This document shows, piece by piece, positions 35,469 to 45,742 of a DNA stretch of 64,000 nucleotides. Origin of the DNA: a virus; the IMG/VR virus record IMGVR_UViG_3300046458_000091, positions 18,802 to 82,801 of that record, one strand, 5' to 3'. The notes below the pieces were generated by a model. It was not told where the DNA came from. It made no database searches and worked only from the letters and a program-made list of their open reading frames with translations. The position numbers were made by a program, and so were the translations under genes. Position 1 is the stretch's first letter. Each line of letters opens with the position of its first letter.

Positions 35469-36323
35469 CTAAACAGGCTTCAGAACGGCCCCCAGACGTG
35501 TCAGCGCCGCACTGGTTGTCTCTCCCGGCCTGGCCAACCGGCTCAGTTCGTATGCAGACAGCTGGACAGGCTTCTTGGGCTTCTCAGACCGCTTAGGCTT
35601 GGCGTTAGGCTGTTCAAGCACGAAATCTTTCGGCAGACGCTTGGTGTCAATGCTGAATTTCAGATGCGAGATTTTGCGCCCTGTGCGCATGACTTCGTAA
35701 TCAACCTGCAACGGGCTGTGCTCATTCACCTGATTGATGGCGGGCTCAATGACGTAACGACGCAGGTCAGCCATAAGAGTGTATTTGTCGTGCAGCTGAA
35801 GCCACTTGCGCAGATCCTCCAAGGCAATTTCCCTGGCTCCTACCGACGTGTACTGAATCAGCATTTCAAACAACCGAATGCCGTAGATGCTGGTCATCCG
35901 CGCCACATCTGATAAATGGTATCGCGTGAACTGAGCTTTCAACTCGGTGAGATATGGCAGCATGTCTTTGTTAAAGCGCAGGTTAATCGTGCCTTCCTGC
36001 TCGTTGTACACGATTGTCTGCACCCAACTGGCCTCAAGCGTCTTGGACTTAGGCCCGCCGCCATTGGGCTCTAGGTCTATGCTGACGTCACGTCGGCGCA
36101 GCTTACGGGATGCTTCAAACAGCTCCTTGTACATCGACTTGCTGTCCGAACCGGTCGCCAAGGCAATGTCCGAAACCGGTACGCTGTACATCACTTCGTC
36201 GGTGATCGGCGAACCGCGATCAACCTGCGCAATGCAAGCTAAGATAATGCGCTGCTCTGCTACGGACAGCGTGTATGACGCCTCAATCAGGGCGTTGGAT
36301 TTATAGATATTGTGGTCTGCCAT
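35469..36323 (-). CDS. repA: Plasmid replication initiator, Rep_3 family
   Basis: IYKSNALIEASY.LS..EQRIIL, FTRY.L......SIYGIRLFE, VIEPAINQVN, GRKI; start MADHN. Confidence 0.92.
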   Translation of the reverse strand: MADHNIYKSNALIEASYTLSVAEQRIILACIAQVDRGSPITDEVMYSVPVSDIALATGSDSKSMYKELFEASRKLRRRDVSIDLEPNGGGPKSKTLEASWVQTIVYNEQEGTINLRFNKDMLPYLTELKAQFTRYHLSDVARMTSIYGIRLFEMLIQYTSVGAREIALEDLRKWLQLHDKYTLMADLRRYVIEPAINQVNEHSPLQVDYEVMRTGRKISHLKFSIDTKRLPKDFVLEQPNAKPKRSEKPKKPVQLSAYELSRLARPGETTSAALTRLGAVLKPV

Positions 36324-36360
36324 GGTCTTAATGTGGAAATCCTTTAGCGATCTTCCATGC

Positions 36361-36835
36361 TGACCCTGAATCACTCCACATTGCAACCCTGAATCACTCC
36401 ACATCCCACCCTGAATCACTCCACAATTGACCCTGAATCCCTCATAGTTAACCCTGAATAGCACCACATTTAAACGCTACAGGCCCCGTAATACGCGGCC
36501 TGTAGCGGTGCGAAAAGAAGAAAAGATTTAAAAGAAAAAGAAATAAAAAGCGAATTTAAGTTTTTGGGGGCGTAGGAGCGAGATTTGTGGCTAACCAGCA
36601 AAACGAGGGCTTTTGACCCTGAATCACTCCACATTTAGAGCGGGGCCTCTCGGCGCAGGCTTATCAGGGCGATAACTAAATGCCTGGAAAGCCTGTAAAC
36701 AAGGCGTCTGCGGGGTTACAGAAGGACGCGAAACAGGGCTGTGAGCCTTTAAGACAGCAGTACAGGGATTAAATCCACGATCAGCGGGTTTATTCCGCCA
36801 CTACACATCAAATGACCCTGAATCCCTCCACATTG
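36361..36835. repeat. Replication origin iterons
   Basis: ACCCTGAATCACTCCACA-like x5 at about 22-bp period (36363-36468), A-rich tract 36510-36565, outlying copies near 36616 and 36815. Confidence 0.9.
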
Positions 36836-36862
36836 AGCTAGTCGCCTGATACCGCCAAACCC

Positions 36863-37126
36863 CTAACCAGCCAGCACATTGGCAGATCCCGACGCAGTGT
36901 CACCGCAGTTCGCCGCATCCCCCGCCCGGCACACGCCAATCCCCTCAGCAAACACCGTCCCGCTGGCCCCGACCATAACCGGCCCGGCATGCAGCCCTGA
37001 CCCGTGTCCGGTGACGTCGGCGCCCTTGACGGCCACAGGGGCGCCGTTGACCAGCACAGAGGGTGCAAGTACTCCCTTGATGATTCCGCCCGCTGCATCG
37101 ACTCCCACGCGCGCTACGCCCGGCAT
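36863..37126 (-). CDS. PAAR-domain spike tip protein
   Basis: VARVGVD..GG.I, VLVNGAPVA..G, H..P, V.R.GD...CG. Confidence 0.9.
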   Translation of the reverse strand: MPGVARVGVDAAGGIIKGVLAPSVLVNGAPVAVKGADVTGHGSGLHAGPVMVGASGTVFAEGIGVCRAGDAANCGDTASGSANVLAG

Positions 37127-37137
37127 AAAGCCCCCTA

Positions 37138-37581
37138 TCAGTTGAGTTTGATCTTGCTGGCCACCGCAACGATATCGGCGCTGGTCAGCGTGATGCTTGT
37201 GCCCCCCACCACCAGGGTGATTTTCGATCCCGCCTTTAACGTGATGGTCTGGGCGTTCACCGTGTAGTCCACGTCGGCGTTGATTTCGAAATTGTCATGG
37301 TTCCAGCGCCGTGTGCCGACCTCATTGCCGGTGTTCGGGTTGCGAGAGCCGGTGATGATCGGGCGGCGGTGATCACCGGCAATGAACTGCACCCATACCG
37401 GTTTCCCGACCACCATGCGGATTTCGGTATCTGTCGAGTCATCCCCAATTGGGTATTCGATTTCTGCCAGGGGGAATACCCCGGCCCCATCAGTGAATGG
37501 TGGGATAGAGACACGAACCTCACGGGCCTCACGCCCCACCGTCACCTCTTCAATGACTGCGGGCCACTTGTTACCGGGCAT
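37138..37581 (-). CDS. Baseplate spike (gp5/gpV-like)
   Basis: OB-fold with VWVQFIAGD.RRPII and beta-helix tail. Confidence 0.8.
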   Translation of the reverse strand: MPGNKWPAVIEEVTVGREAREVRVSIPPFTDGAGVFPLAEIEYPIGDDSTDTEIRMVVGKPVWVQFIAGDHRRPIITGSRNPNTGNEVGTRRWNHDNFEINADVDYTVNAQTITLKAGSKITLVVGGTSITLTSADIVAVASKIKLN

Positions 37582-38470
37582 TGACCAGACTCCCAAGCCA
37601 TAGGCAGCTGCGGCTCTCTTGAGTGCCTTCCAGCGACTCAAAGGCGTGTGCTGCGGTAATTACTGGATAATTCACCCCGGCGACCCGTAGGACGTCACCG
37701 CCGTTGATCTGCTGGCAGATCGTGCTGTTCACCGTGTGGTTGCGTACCAGCACACAGCTGAGGTTGCGTAGCTGGCGGTCATCTGCAAGCGCGGTGAAGG
37801 AAATGCGCCGGGAGTCGCCCATTTGCCCGGTCACAATCGAAGCGTCTCGGCCCACGGTGTAGTACGACGGCACGTCCATCATCTGGAGGAAGTCGCTGTC
37901 CACCTTGGCGCTGCTGTCGATCTGGCTGATATCGGCGACGGGTGACTGCTTGGCCATGTCTGTGATGCGCATGGCGCTGATCTTGCCATCACGCAGCACC
38001 AGGACTGCCCCTTCCTCTTGCAGCACCTGGGCGATGGCATAGCTCGGTTCCTTGCCCTTGAAGCAAGTGAACCGGGGGACGGCAAAGTCATTGCCTATCG
38101 ATACCTGGGCGCCGCACGCGCGGTAGATGGCGCCCAGGGTCGTGTTCTCCAGGATCACCGCCCCGGGCAGGGGCTCAGCGATAGCGGCGCAGGACTTCAG
38201 CAGCGCGGTAACCTGCATGGCCTGCTGTTGCTCCTTGCCCTGGACCTGGCCAACCGGCTGAGCCTTGTCGGTCTTCACGATCTTGTACGCTAGGTTTTCC
38301 CGGCCCGCCCAGACCGTTACGCCCTTCTTGAGCTTGTCCTGCATGCCGCTGATCAACTTCACGTTGAATTCCAGCGTGCGCGGCACGGGCGCCAGGTCAG
38401 AACGGCCGGTCCACTTAATCAGGACGTCCGTGGGGATCTGGTCGCCCTTCTCGCTCAGGTAGACATTCAC
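37571..38470 (-). CDS. Baseplate hub protein (P1 gp6-like)
   Basis: RSDLAPVP.TLE; position upstream of the spike gene. Confidence 0.65.
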   Translation of the reverse strand: MNVYLSEKGDQIPTDVLIKWTGRSDLAPVPRTLEFNVKLISGMQDKLKKGVTVWAGRENLAYKIVKTDKAQPVGQVQGKEQQQAMQVTALLKSCAAIAEPLPGAVILENTTLGAIYRACGAQVSIGNDFAVPRFTCFKGKEPSYAIAQVLQEEGAVLVLRDGKISAMRITDMAKQSPVADISQIDSSAKVDSDFLQMMDVPSYYTVGRDASIVTGQMGDSRRISFTALADDRQLRNLSCVLVRNHTVNSTICQQINGGDVLRVAGVNYPVITAAHAFESLEGTQESRSCLWLGSLVNAR

Positions 38471-39249
38471 TCAGGCGTACCCCAGGTGATACCGGAATTT
38501 GTAGTCGTTGAACCCGTTCCAGATGAGTTGTCCAGGTGCGACACAGATTGCGTGGCCGGGAAGCCTGGCGGGTTGCGCCCGCTGCCGTCGTTCTCTTCCC
38601 CTGGGCGCGGGGCGTCAAACCACGGGATCGTGCACTTGAGCGTCATATCAGCAAACAGCACCTTGATGTTCTTGCCCTCCACCTTGAACTCCATGAAGTC
38701 CAGGCGGTTGCTCTCCAGCTCGACCGGCGACGGTACGATGTACTCGCCGAACGTGTAATGGGCGTCAAAGCACCGATTCTTGGGCTCAAACACGAATCCG
38801 GCCAGCTGGGCCGCCAGGCTCTGTGCAGAACCGCCCTCGCTGGCCACAATGACCACCTGGGCCCGGCGCTCCACCATGCTGTGCCGGTAGCCGTACCAGG
38901 ACCCGCCCTCTTCGATCTGCAACAGCCGCCGCCCGATCTGCTGGCCACCCCAGTCCACGCCCACTTGGGGCAGGTTGTCGTCGATGGCCAGCAGCACCAC
39001 CGGAAACAGCGTCGTGTTGCCCTGGGGGCCGTTCTGGTTCTTCCGGTAGGCGGCGATCATGTCCACCACTTCATCGATCATGCGGCTTGGCACCCACTGC
39101 ACAGCCTCAGCGAAGGGCTTGTCCAGGAAGGCCTGCACCGCCTTGGTGTCGATGTAGTCGGCATAGATCCCATCGCGCCAGCGGGCGAGGTACTGCGCAA
39201 GCCCGATCTTGATCTGATCGAAACTGCCATTGAGGGTACGCGGGGGCAT
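38467..39249 (-). CDS. Tail completion/terminator-type protein
   Basis: Start at MPPRT downstream of a late promoter; coupled to the hub gene. Confidence 0.55.
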   Translation of the reverse strand: MPPRTLNGSFDQIKIGLAQYLARWRDGIYADYIDTKAVQAFLDKPFAEAVQWVPSRMIDEVVDMIAAYRKNQNGPQGNTTLFPVVLLAIDDNLPQVGVDWGGQQIGRRLLQIEEGGSWYGYRHSMVERRAQVVIVASEGGSAQSLAAQLAGFVFEPKNRCFDAHYTFGEYIVPSPVELESNRLDFMEFKVEGKNIKVLFADMTLKCTIPWFDAPRPGEENDGSGRNPPGFPATQSVSHLDNSSGTGSTTTNSGITWGTPE

Positions 39250-39342
39250 AGGGCACTCAGCTGCTTGAGGAATCGCAGAATGATGCCCATAAAAAACCGC
39301 CACATTGCGCGGCGGTTTGCAGGGTCTGGCGAGGCGTAGGCG

Positions 39343-39729
39343 TTAGATCGGCTTGCCGGTCAGAATCGCCGCCATGCGGTCCTCTGTCAGCACTTCCAGC
39401 TCCACCAGGTTAGCCAGCGCCCCCTGAACAGACGGCAAGCTCAGGTCAACTGTTCTCAGGCTTGAACTATCGAACAGGCGGGACCACCAGACGGCAAGGT
39501 CAGTATCTGGGTTGTCGGTGGCGAGCTTCTTGGCCGCGCGCTCTTCGGCAGGCGTGAACAGGTTGCGGAACTCATCAGGTGTACGGGTCAGTGGCGAGCC
39601 GTCGTCAACGGTGAAGTCCGCCAGCTTGGCGATAATGAACGTGCTCCCGTCCAGGCAGATGGAGTCATCGTGCGCCACCAGGGTCGTGTATTCAGTGCGG
39701 TTGCCCGCGCTATCAGTGATAGATGGCAT
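39343..39729 (-). CDS. Tail fibre-associated protein
   Basis: EFRNLFTPAE...VDL...V..L..L....LT..R..IL. Confidence 0.6.
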   Translation of the reverse strand: MPSITDSAGNRTEYTTLVAHDDSICLDGSTFIIAKLADFTVDDGSPLTRTPDEFRNLFTPAEERAAKKLATDNPDTDLAVWWSRLFDSSSLRTVDLSLPSVQGALANLVELEVLTEDRMAAILTGKPI

Positions 39730-39730
39730 G

Positions 39731-41776
39731 TCAGCTAAACCCCTTCAAGTTGATAAATCCACTGCTCATGAAGCCCGAGTTACCAGCCGGGACGTTGGCG
39801 CTTGCGTCAAATGTCTGGAATACCGCTTTCCAGGGCGAAGAAACAGGGAAAACGCCCTTGGTATTTACGACTAGTGCACCACCCTCAGCCGCCGCATTCG
39901 CTGCGACCCCAAGCAAGATAGTTGTTTTTGGCTTGAGGTATACCGCCAGTGTACCCAGCGATGAGGCATCGTTATAACCACTCGCCCCGCTCAGCAACAA
40001 ACCTTGCGCAAATACGCGAATGTTTGACGAGTTGTAAAACGCCTGCGTTACCGTGTTGAAATTCGTATAAGACAGGAAATTAAGATTCAAGTCATAGGTG
40101 ATAACAACCAAATATGAGGAACTAACCGTCGTACAAACAAAATACAGGTATTTTCCTGTTTCATCGACAAACGAGCGAATCGGATAGCTTACGTCGATTG
40201 TCCCACGGCCCGTAATAGCGTTCATAGCGTCACCGCTAAGAACTGTCACCCCGGTATTGGAAATAGTGAATGTTAGCAAGTCAACCGGACTCGACGTGAG
40301 CCCAACGCTAGCAGCACCGTACACCATGTCGTTGAAAACGGTAACGCTGAACCCTAGCCCTGTGCCGCCGCCAGAATATCCAAAGTTCAACAGAAGCTCT
40401 AGTTTAACAACCACCCCGGCATTATTTACAAATGCATAGTAAGCCCACGACGTATTGGTCGAGCATGGCAAAAGATAAACCGTACCAGTCGTAAGCTTTG
40501 CCACTACAGGGGCGTTATATGGCCCGACGTTACTGCCAAGACTCACAAGCGGTGATGCTGCGGAAACATCGACACCAGCAGGCGTCATATATCGCAAGTA
40601 CCATTTGTAGTCCGACAGATTGCAGCTAACAATCAGAAAGTTACCGCCAGCATCGGACGATAGGCGAATGCCAATCGTAGTGTTGGCGTTTGTCAGCGCG
40701 CTAGACGCCTTAACCACAACTCCGGCATCACTCACCACACCATAATAACCACTAATGTAGTTTGACCACATGATGTTATTGGTTGTTGGGGAGACGGCAA
40801 TGCACAATTGTTGATAAACAGCTGCAATCAGCGTTACAACAGCGCCGCGCAGGCTTCCATCAGCCTCGATTACTGCATAGTAACAACCGCCACTTCCCGA
40901 CGAGGATGTGAACACATAGCCAAAAGCACCAGCAGTACCGCTTTTAACTGGCACAGGCTTTGCGTAGGTGTCATATGGGGCATTCGCATCTTTAAGATGG
41001 TTATGCCACGCAAGCGCCGAAAGCAGGCTTGTGACGGGCCTGCTCGTAACGCCGGTTGCAGAAACATAGTCAATACCGTTACCGGTAAACAGAATCGCGC
41101 CGCCGTTGCTGGTTGGCTGGATATGAAAAACGCCAATACCTACACCAACGCCAGACGCGCCCGCAATTGTGCCGCTATAGATTGCACGCAAAGACGGATT
41201 GAGAATGGAAAACGAAATTGTCGATACGTTCTGGCCGGTCAGCCAGGTGACCAGAATATTGCCGTTGCTCAGCAGCGAGAACGAACAGCTGTTGACCAGA
41301 ATCGCAACGCTGTTGTCGTTGGAAACGTTAAACACCTGTCCTTTAGCCTGCACCACCCCCCTGGAGTTGTATTTGTACAGGGTGATCGACCGGCGATATG
41401 GCCCGGAGCCGCTGTAGCCGCTCGCCAGCAGGTACATCGAACCGTCCGGGCCGATTTGTGTAAGCGACCCTACAGAGTTCGCGGTAGCGCCTGGGAAGTC
41501 GTCATAGAAGAATGCCTGCAAGGTTGGTCCGGTAGCCAGCGCTGCCTTGGGCGGCATGTTGGACTGATTAACAATCGCGCCTGTCTTCCAGTCAACGAAC
41601 ACCAAGTCGTTGAGTTCGAACGGTGCGTTCGCCGTCACCGCCAGCTGCGTCTGAGCGCCGCCTACGCTGGTAATGCTTACGTTGCTGCTGGAACCCGACG
41701 TCGTGCCGGTACTGCTGCCTGCTGTGACGCCTAAGGCCGAACGAGACGGAAAGCCTTTGCTTGCGGTGTTGGCCAT
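39731..41776 (-). CDS. Putative receptor-binding/tail fibre protein
   Basis: 681 aa, S/G/T/V-rich beta protein in the fibre operon; AT-richer interior. Confidence 0.65.
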   Translation of the reverse strand: MANTASKGFPSRSALGVTAGSSTGTTSGSSSNVSITSVGGAQTQLAVTANAPFELNDLVFVDWKTGAIVNQSNMPPKAALATGPTLQAFFYDDFPGATANSVGSLTQIGPDGSMYLLASGYSGSGPYRRSITLYKYNSRGVVQAKGQVFNVSNDNSVAILVNSCSFSLLSNGNILVTWLTGQNVSTISFSILNPSLRAIYSGTIAGASGVGVGIGVFHIQPTSNGGAILFTGNGIDYVSATGVTSRPVTSLLSALAWHNHLKDANAPYDTYAKPVPVKSGTAGAFGYVFTSSSGSGGCYYAVIEADGSLRGAVVTLIAAVYQQLCIAVSPTTNNIMWSNYISGYYGVVSDAGVVVKASSALTNANTTIGIRLSSDAGGNFLIVSCNLSDYKWYLRYMTPAGVDVSAASPLVSLGSNVGPYNAPVVAKLTTGTVYLLPCSTNTSWAYYAFVNNAGVVVKLELLLNFGYSGGGTGLGFSVTVFNDMVYGAASVGLTSSPVDLLTFTISNTGVTVLSGDAMNAITGRGTIDVSYPIRSFVDETGKYLYFVCTTVSSSYLVVITYDLNLNFLSYTNFNTVTQAFYNSSNIRVFAQGLLLSGASGYNDASSLGTLAVYLKPKTTILLGVAANAAAEGGALVVNTKGVFPVSSPWKAVFQTFDASANVPAGNSGFMSSGFINLKGFS

Positions 41777-42162
41777 TAGAAGTCACCCCCGTACAGAGTC
41801 ACGTTGATGGCTTCGCCCTTTTCGGTCGAGGCCTTGAACGAAAAGCCTTTTGGCACAATCAGGCCGTCAGGAAACGACACGATGGTCTCAAACGATTTAT
41901 TCGTGGGAGTGGGAGTCACCGCGTCAACGATGATTTCAGTCTGGAGCACGACCTTGGCGCCATTCACCAGGAACAGGCGAACCATGCCCGCCGTCGTAGC
42001 GCCTGCGGCCTTGATGATGGCCTGATCGACTCGCGACCCATTGTCAGCGGCATCAAACGAGACGTCACCGAATACGCCAGTACCGTCCCGGTTTGGGTTG
42101 GCCGTGGTCAGCTTCATGGCCACGACATGCGGCACAGACGTAAATTGTGGAAAGTTGGACAT
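41776..42162 (-). CDS. Tail fibre-associated protein
   Basis: Start at MSNFPQF; TANPNRDGTG...GSRVD...A.GATTAG.VRLF. Confidence 0.65.
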   Translation of the reverse strand: MSNFPQFTSVPHVVAMKLTTANPNRDGTGVFGDVSFDAADNGSRVDQAIIKAAGATTAGMVRLFLVNGAKVVLQTEIIVDAVTPTPTNKSFETIVSFPDGLIVPKGFSFKASTEKGEAINVTLYGGDF

Positions 42163-42163
42163 C

Positions 42164-43198
42164 TCAGATATACCCCTGATTGAAGAGTGCGAGGGCCATA
42201 TACCTGGATTGGTCCCCCATGCTGTTCGTGGCCGCCGAAAGGGCCTGTTTGGTTGCGTACTGCGTGTGCGGGTCCGGGTCATCCAGGTGGTCAGCCATAG
42301 CGTCGGAGAGGTCGGTTTTCTTGGCGTAGGTTTCGTCTACGTATTCCTTGTAATCCGTAAGCGCCCCGCTCAGCTCGCTGGTACTCATAGAGCCCATCAG
42401 CTGGAAGCCGTTACCCTGATACACCAGGTCGTACACGCCACCCACGCGGATGTCGCTCGGGTCCAGCGGGTCGCCACCGGTCTTGAAGATAGGGACGGCT
42501 GGCTGGCCGTTGACCGAAACCGTCACGACGCCCGTGTTCGCACTGACGGCCTTGAAACGGACGTTCTGCCAGTTCTGGTAACCATCGGCAAGATCAATGC
42601 CGGTGCCCAGCGTCAGCTGGATGGCGTTGGCGGTGCCCGCGACTGTCTTGGCTGCCAAGTACGACATAGCGTCCGGGAAGCGCGACCACAGCACGTACTG
42701 TGGGTGGGCGTCGGCACTACCTTCGTGCGCGGCCAGGGCGGCCAGCGCTGGCGCTGTGGATGTGTCCACGATGATGTTGACTACGCCGGTCGGCAGACCA
42801 ACCAGCGACAGGTCAGAGTGCATCACGAACGGCACGCCATCGGTCTTGTAGACGACTGCCTTACCGTCTGCGGTGGAGTAGACGAACACCAGGACGTCAC
42901 CGGCCCACCAACCAACCTCGGTGACCTTCGTGCCGCCCGTGTCTTCACTCCACACGGAAATCATGCGGATCTGGCCCACCGTGGGCCTGCTGGCGCCCAC
43001 CAGAGGCACATGACCGCTAACCTCGGACGTGAGCGCAACCTCAGCCCCTGTCGGGGCGTAGGTGCCGATACCGTAGGTCATGTGGGTCAGATCAAGGCTG
43101 AGCCCGGTGTTTTTTGCGTTGAATGCCGCGTCCCGACCCGCATTAGTGAGGGTCGGCTGGATTAGCAGCGTGTTGGATGTACTGAGCGAGTCGGCCAT
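42164..43198 (-). CDS. Tail fibre attachment protein
   Basis: LT.AG..A N-terminal baseplate-binding domain, HPQY and DPHTQY repeats, GTANAI...FKA..ANTG..T..VNG. Confidence 0.8.
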   Translation of the reverse strand: MADSLSTSNTLLIQPTLTNAGRDAAFNAKNTGLSLDLTHMTYGIGTYAPTGAEVALTSEVSGHVPLVGASRPTVGQIRMISVWSEDTGGTKVTEVGWWAGDVLVFVYSTADGKAVVYKTDGVPFVMHSDLSLVGLPTGVVNIIVDTSTAPALAALAAHEGSADAHPQYVLWSRFPDAMSYLAAKTVAGTANAIQLTLGTGIDLADGYQNWQNVRFKAVSANTGVVTVSVNGQPAVPIFKTGGDPLDPSDIRVGGVYDLVYQGNGFQLMGSMSTSELSGALTDYKEYVDETYAKKTDLSDAMADHLDDPDPHTQYATKQALSAATNSMGDQSRYMALALFNQGYI

Positions 43199-43246
43199 AG
43201 AGCCCCCTGTGTTCCGATGCCGATAAGCTACAGGGGGAAAAAAGGC

Positions 43247-43963
43247 CTACTGGAGGTGACTTTGCATGTTTCGCCGGGGTGGCTGGCTGTAGAACACGGT
43301 CGCACCACCAGACGCGGCCGGTAGTGCTTGCTCAGTGGAGCTGGCCACCGGCAGGTCAGTTGTGATGATCGTGCCCTTGATGCGCACGACTTGGGCGCCA
43401 CCGGCCACCATGGCCATGCCCATCTGCCAGGTGGTGCGGCGCAATACACGGATCAGCAGCACGAAACGCGCAGCCACGGCGCTACGGGCCGCCGCCAGCA
43501 CCTGCTGAGGGATCAGATCGGTGTCAACGTCCACGCGAAAGCGGCTTGTCAGGAAGTAGTCTTCCAGATCCCCGCCCGCGCGTAGGAGTTCATCCTTGCT
43601 CAGCATGTCGGCCGGGTAGTTGCCGTCTACCGGGCAATACATCTGGTCAATGACGTTGACGCCGCCGAACAGGGACCGCAGGTAGGTATCCAGAAACATG
43701 GTGCCGCGCTGGGGGTTGTTGTAGCGCCAGGCGTGCAGCAGGTAGCGGATGGATTCATTGGTGCCACCCCGGACCAGGGCCAGGCCGTCGCGCCCCAACA
43801 GCATGCTGATGAACTCATCAGACGCCAGGTGCGGCGTCGGGTAGAGCGCTATTTCATGCACCTTGTCGGCTAGAAACTTCTTGTACAAGCTCAGGAACAG
43901 AGCCTTGAACTCAGATTCAATGGCGTCGTACTCGGCACTACGCTGGAGCGGGATCAGATCCAT
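43247..43963 (-). CDS. Baseplate wedge protein (P1 gp16-like)
   Basis: RGTMFL..YL..LF; FLTSRFRV. Confidence 0.6.
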   Translation of the reverse strand: MDLIPLQRSAEYDAIESEFKALFLSLYKKFLADKVHEIALYPTPHLASDEFISMLLGRDGLALVRGGTNESIRYLLHAWRYNNPQRGTMFLDTYLRSLFGGVNVIDQMYCPVDGNYPADMLSKDELLRAGGDLEDYFLTSRFRVDVDTDLIPQQVLAAARSAVAARFVLLIRVLRRTTWQMGMAMVAGGAQVVRIKGTIITTDLPVASSTEQALPAASGGATVFYSQPPRRNMQSHLQ

Positions 43964-45349
43964 TTAGAAATTCTCGCTCGTTGGCACAACCTGGAGGCTC
44001 GCCTCGGTGACATAGCGAAAATGCTCCGGGAGTACTTCAACCGCTTCGCCGGTATCGACGGTCATGTCTGCCAGGCGCTGAGTGAGCGCCGGGATGTTGT
44101 CTTTGATCAGCGCGTACAGATCCTTTCTGAGAATCTTCGCCTCGCCACGGCGCGCCCAGGCCGAATTTCGGCCGTATTCCGACAGGATCAGCGCCCGCAC
44201 CGATTGCAGCACCGCCGCGCTGTCGAACGTGGACGGGATTGTCAGGCCCAGGATCAGCGGCAGTTCAATGGCTACGGGGTCCACGAAGCCGAACCGGTAG
44301 CTATCGTCGGCGGCCAGGACCACGGCTTTGACTTCCTCTTGCAGGGTGGTGGGCTCTGTACCGTCGCGCAGGACCGAAAAGAACAGTTTGTTGATGTTCT
44401 TTACGTTGTAGCCCCGAATCTGCTCTTCGCGGGTTTCGTTCCACACTGACAGGAACGTGAGCGACTGGACGTTTTCACGTACCAGAAAGTCGAAGTTTGC
44501 GAGCATCACCGCGTTACGGCTGAAGATCCCCGGGAAGCTGCACACCTCGCGCAGGGTCTCAAGGCTCATAGGGGCGGCCCCAGCCTGTTTGACCTCGGCC
44601 AGCTTCATCGTGGCGAACTGATCACCCGCGTTGATGTACTCAAACGCGAAGGTTCCGCCCACGGACTGGGCGATATCGCCCTCTGTGTCATAGATCGTGA
44701 TCGTGAGTACTTCACCGGTCGCGGGCTGCTTACCGGCCAGGCCGTCGATGCCAAACATCACACTCATAATCTGATTTTCGTCAGATTTGATGTGGTACAC
44801 CGGGTCACCGGACTGCACGTTGCAGAACTCGGCGGTATAGGTGTACCCGTCCACCGCGACCTCAGCGATATAGCCCACGTCGGGTTGGGCCAGCTCCACG
44901 GTATAGAACGGGGTGTTCTTGGTGACGGTGTGGGTGATGGTGCGCATGGTGACCTGCCGGGCCACCACGGTCGCCGGGGCGTCCGGTGTCGCGGTGCCGC
45001 CCGTAGTGACGCGCCAGGACCGTCCGGCCTGATCGATCAGGGACCGACCGGCAAGCACCTGGATGGCGCCGAACGTGCTCACCAGGCTCACGCTGTCGAT
45101 GGTGGGCGTGGCGAAGGGCAGCACACCCTTTACCGCCGCGTCAGCCAGGATCGTTGAGTCACGGGACGGCCCGTAGACCTCCCCCGCCGTTACCTCAATC
45201 TGATTGCTGACGTCCGCCAGCATGGCCGCCATCGACTGGAGGTACTGCTTAATCAGCGGGTCGCCGATCTGGTAGCGCAGGGAGATGTTCGGATAGGCCG
45301 ACATCTCGTTAAACGCGGCCTGTAGTAATTCGTCTTTAGAAACCGCCAC
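43964..45349 (-). CDS. Baseplate wedge protein (BplA/J-like)
   Basis: 461 aa, RDSTILADA..KG.LP, FLSVWNE. Confidence 0.7.
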   Translation of the reverse strand: MAVSKDELLQAAFNEMSAYPNISLRYQIGDPLIKQYLQSMAAMLADVSNQIEVTAGEVYGPSRDSTILADAAVKGVLPFATPTIDSVSLVSTFGAIQVLAGRSLIDQAGRSWRVTTGGTATPDAPATVVARQVTMRTITHTVTKNTPFYTVELAQPDVGYIAEVAVDGYTYTAEFCNVQSGDPVYHIKSDENQIMSVMFGIDGLAGKQPATGEVLTITIYDTEGDIAQSVGGTFAFEYINAGDQFATMKLAEVKQAGAAPMSLETLREVCSFPGIFSRNAVMLANFDFLVRENVQSLTFLSVWNETREEQIRGYNVKNINKLFFSVLRDGTEPTTLQEEVKAVVLAADDSYRFGFVDPVAIELPLILGLTIPSTFDSAAVLQSVRALILSEYGRNSAWARRGEAKILRKDLYALIKDNIPALTQRLADMTVDTGEAVEVLPEHFRYVTEASLQVVPTSENF

Positions 45350-45656
45350 GGTTCACGACCCCCAGGTCTGCAAGGCTCACAGTCGAGCCGTTGATTTCAA
45401 TAATGATGTCCTTGCGCTCCATGCCGTTGTTCTGCGCATACAGGTTGATCGTCCCTGACGGCAGCATGCCGATGACGGGGATGTCCTCGCGCATCTTGGC
45501 CAGGTAGGAGTCAGCAATAGGCGAGCTGAGCGGCTTTTGAAGCATCTCTTCTGTGGGAGCGCCGTACGTGGAGCCGTAGTAGGAGTAGGGCCGCGTGGCC
45601 GCCCAGTGGGCGATCATCTGAAACAGCAGATCAACGTTAAGTGTGTCGTCGGCCAT
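45336..45656 (-). CDS. Baseplate protein (PmgA/gp25-like)
   Basis: MI.HW..T...Y.GS.YG...L.KM..DIP. Confidence 0.6.
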   Translation of the reverse strand: MADDTLNVDLLFQMIAHWAATRPYSYYGSTYGAPTEEMLQKPLSSPIADSYLAKMREDIPVIGMLPSGTINLYAQNNGMERKDIIIEINGSTVSLADLGVVNRGGF

Positions 45657-45742
45657 ACAGGCACCACATAGAGATTTGTGGCGGCAATGGTCGCAAACAA
45701 AAACCGCCACATTGCGTGGCGGTTTGCAGGGTTTGCAGGCCG

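Noticed and set aside
36324-36467. N-terminal extension of RepA in the ORF track
   Set aside because: It is a translation of the iteron array (CGVIQG repeats); the Rep_3 similarity starts at MADHN
36361-36470. Iterons as a possible CRISPR array
   Set aside because: Units abut with 3-5 nt gaps, have no unique spacers, lie beside repA, and no cas genes are present
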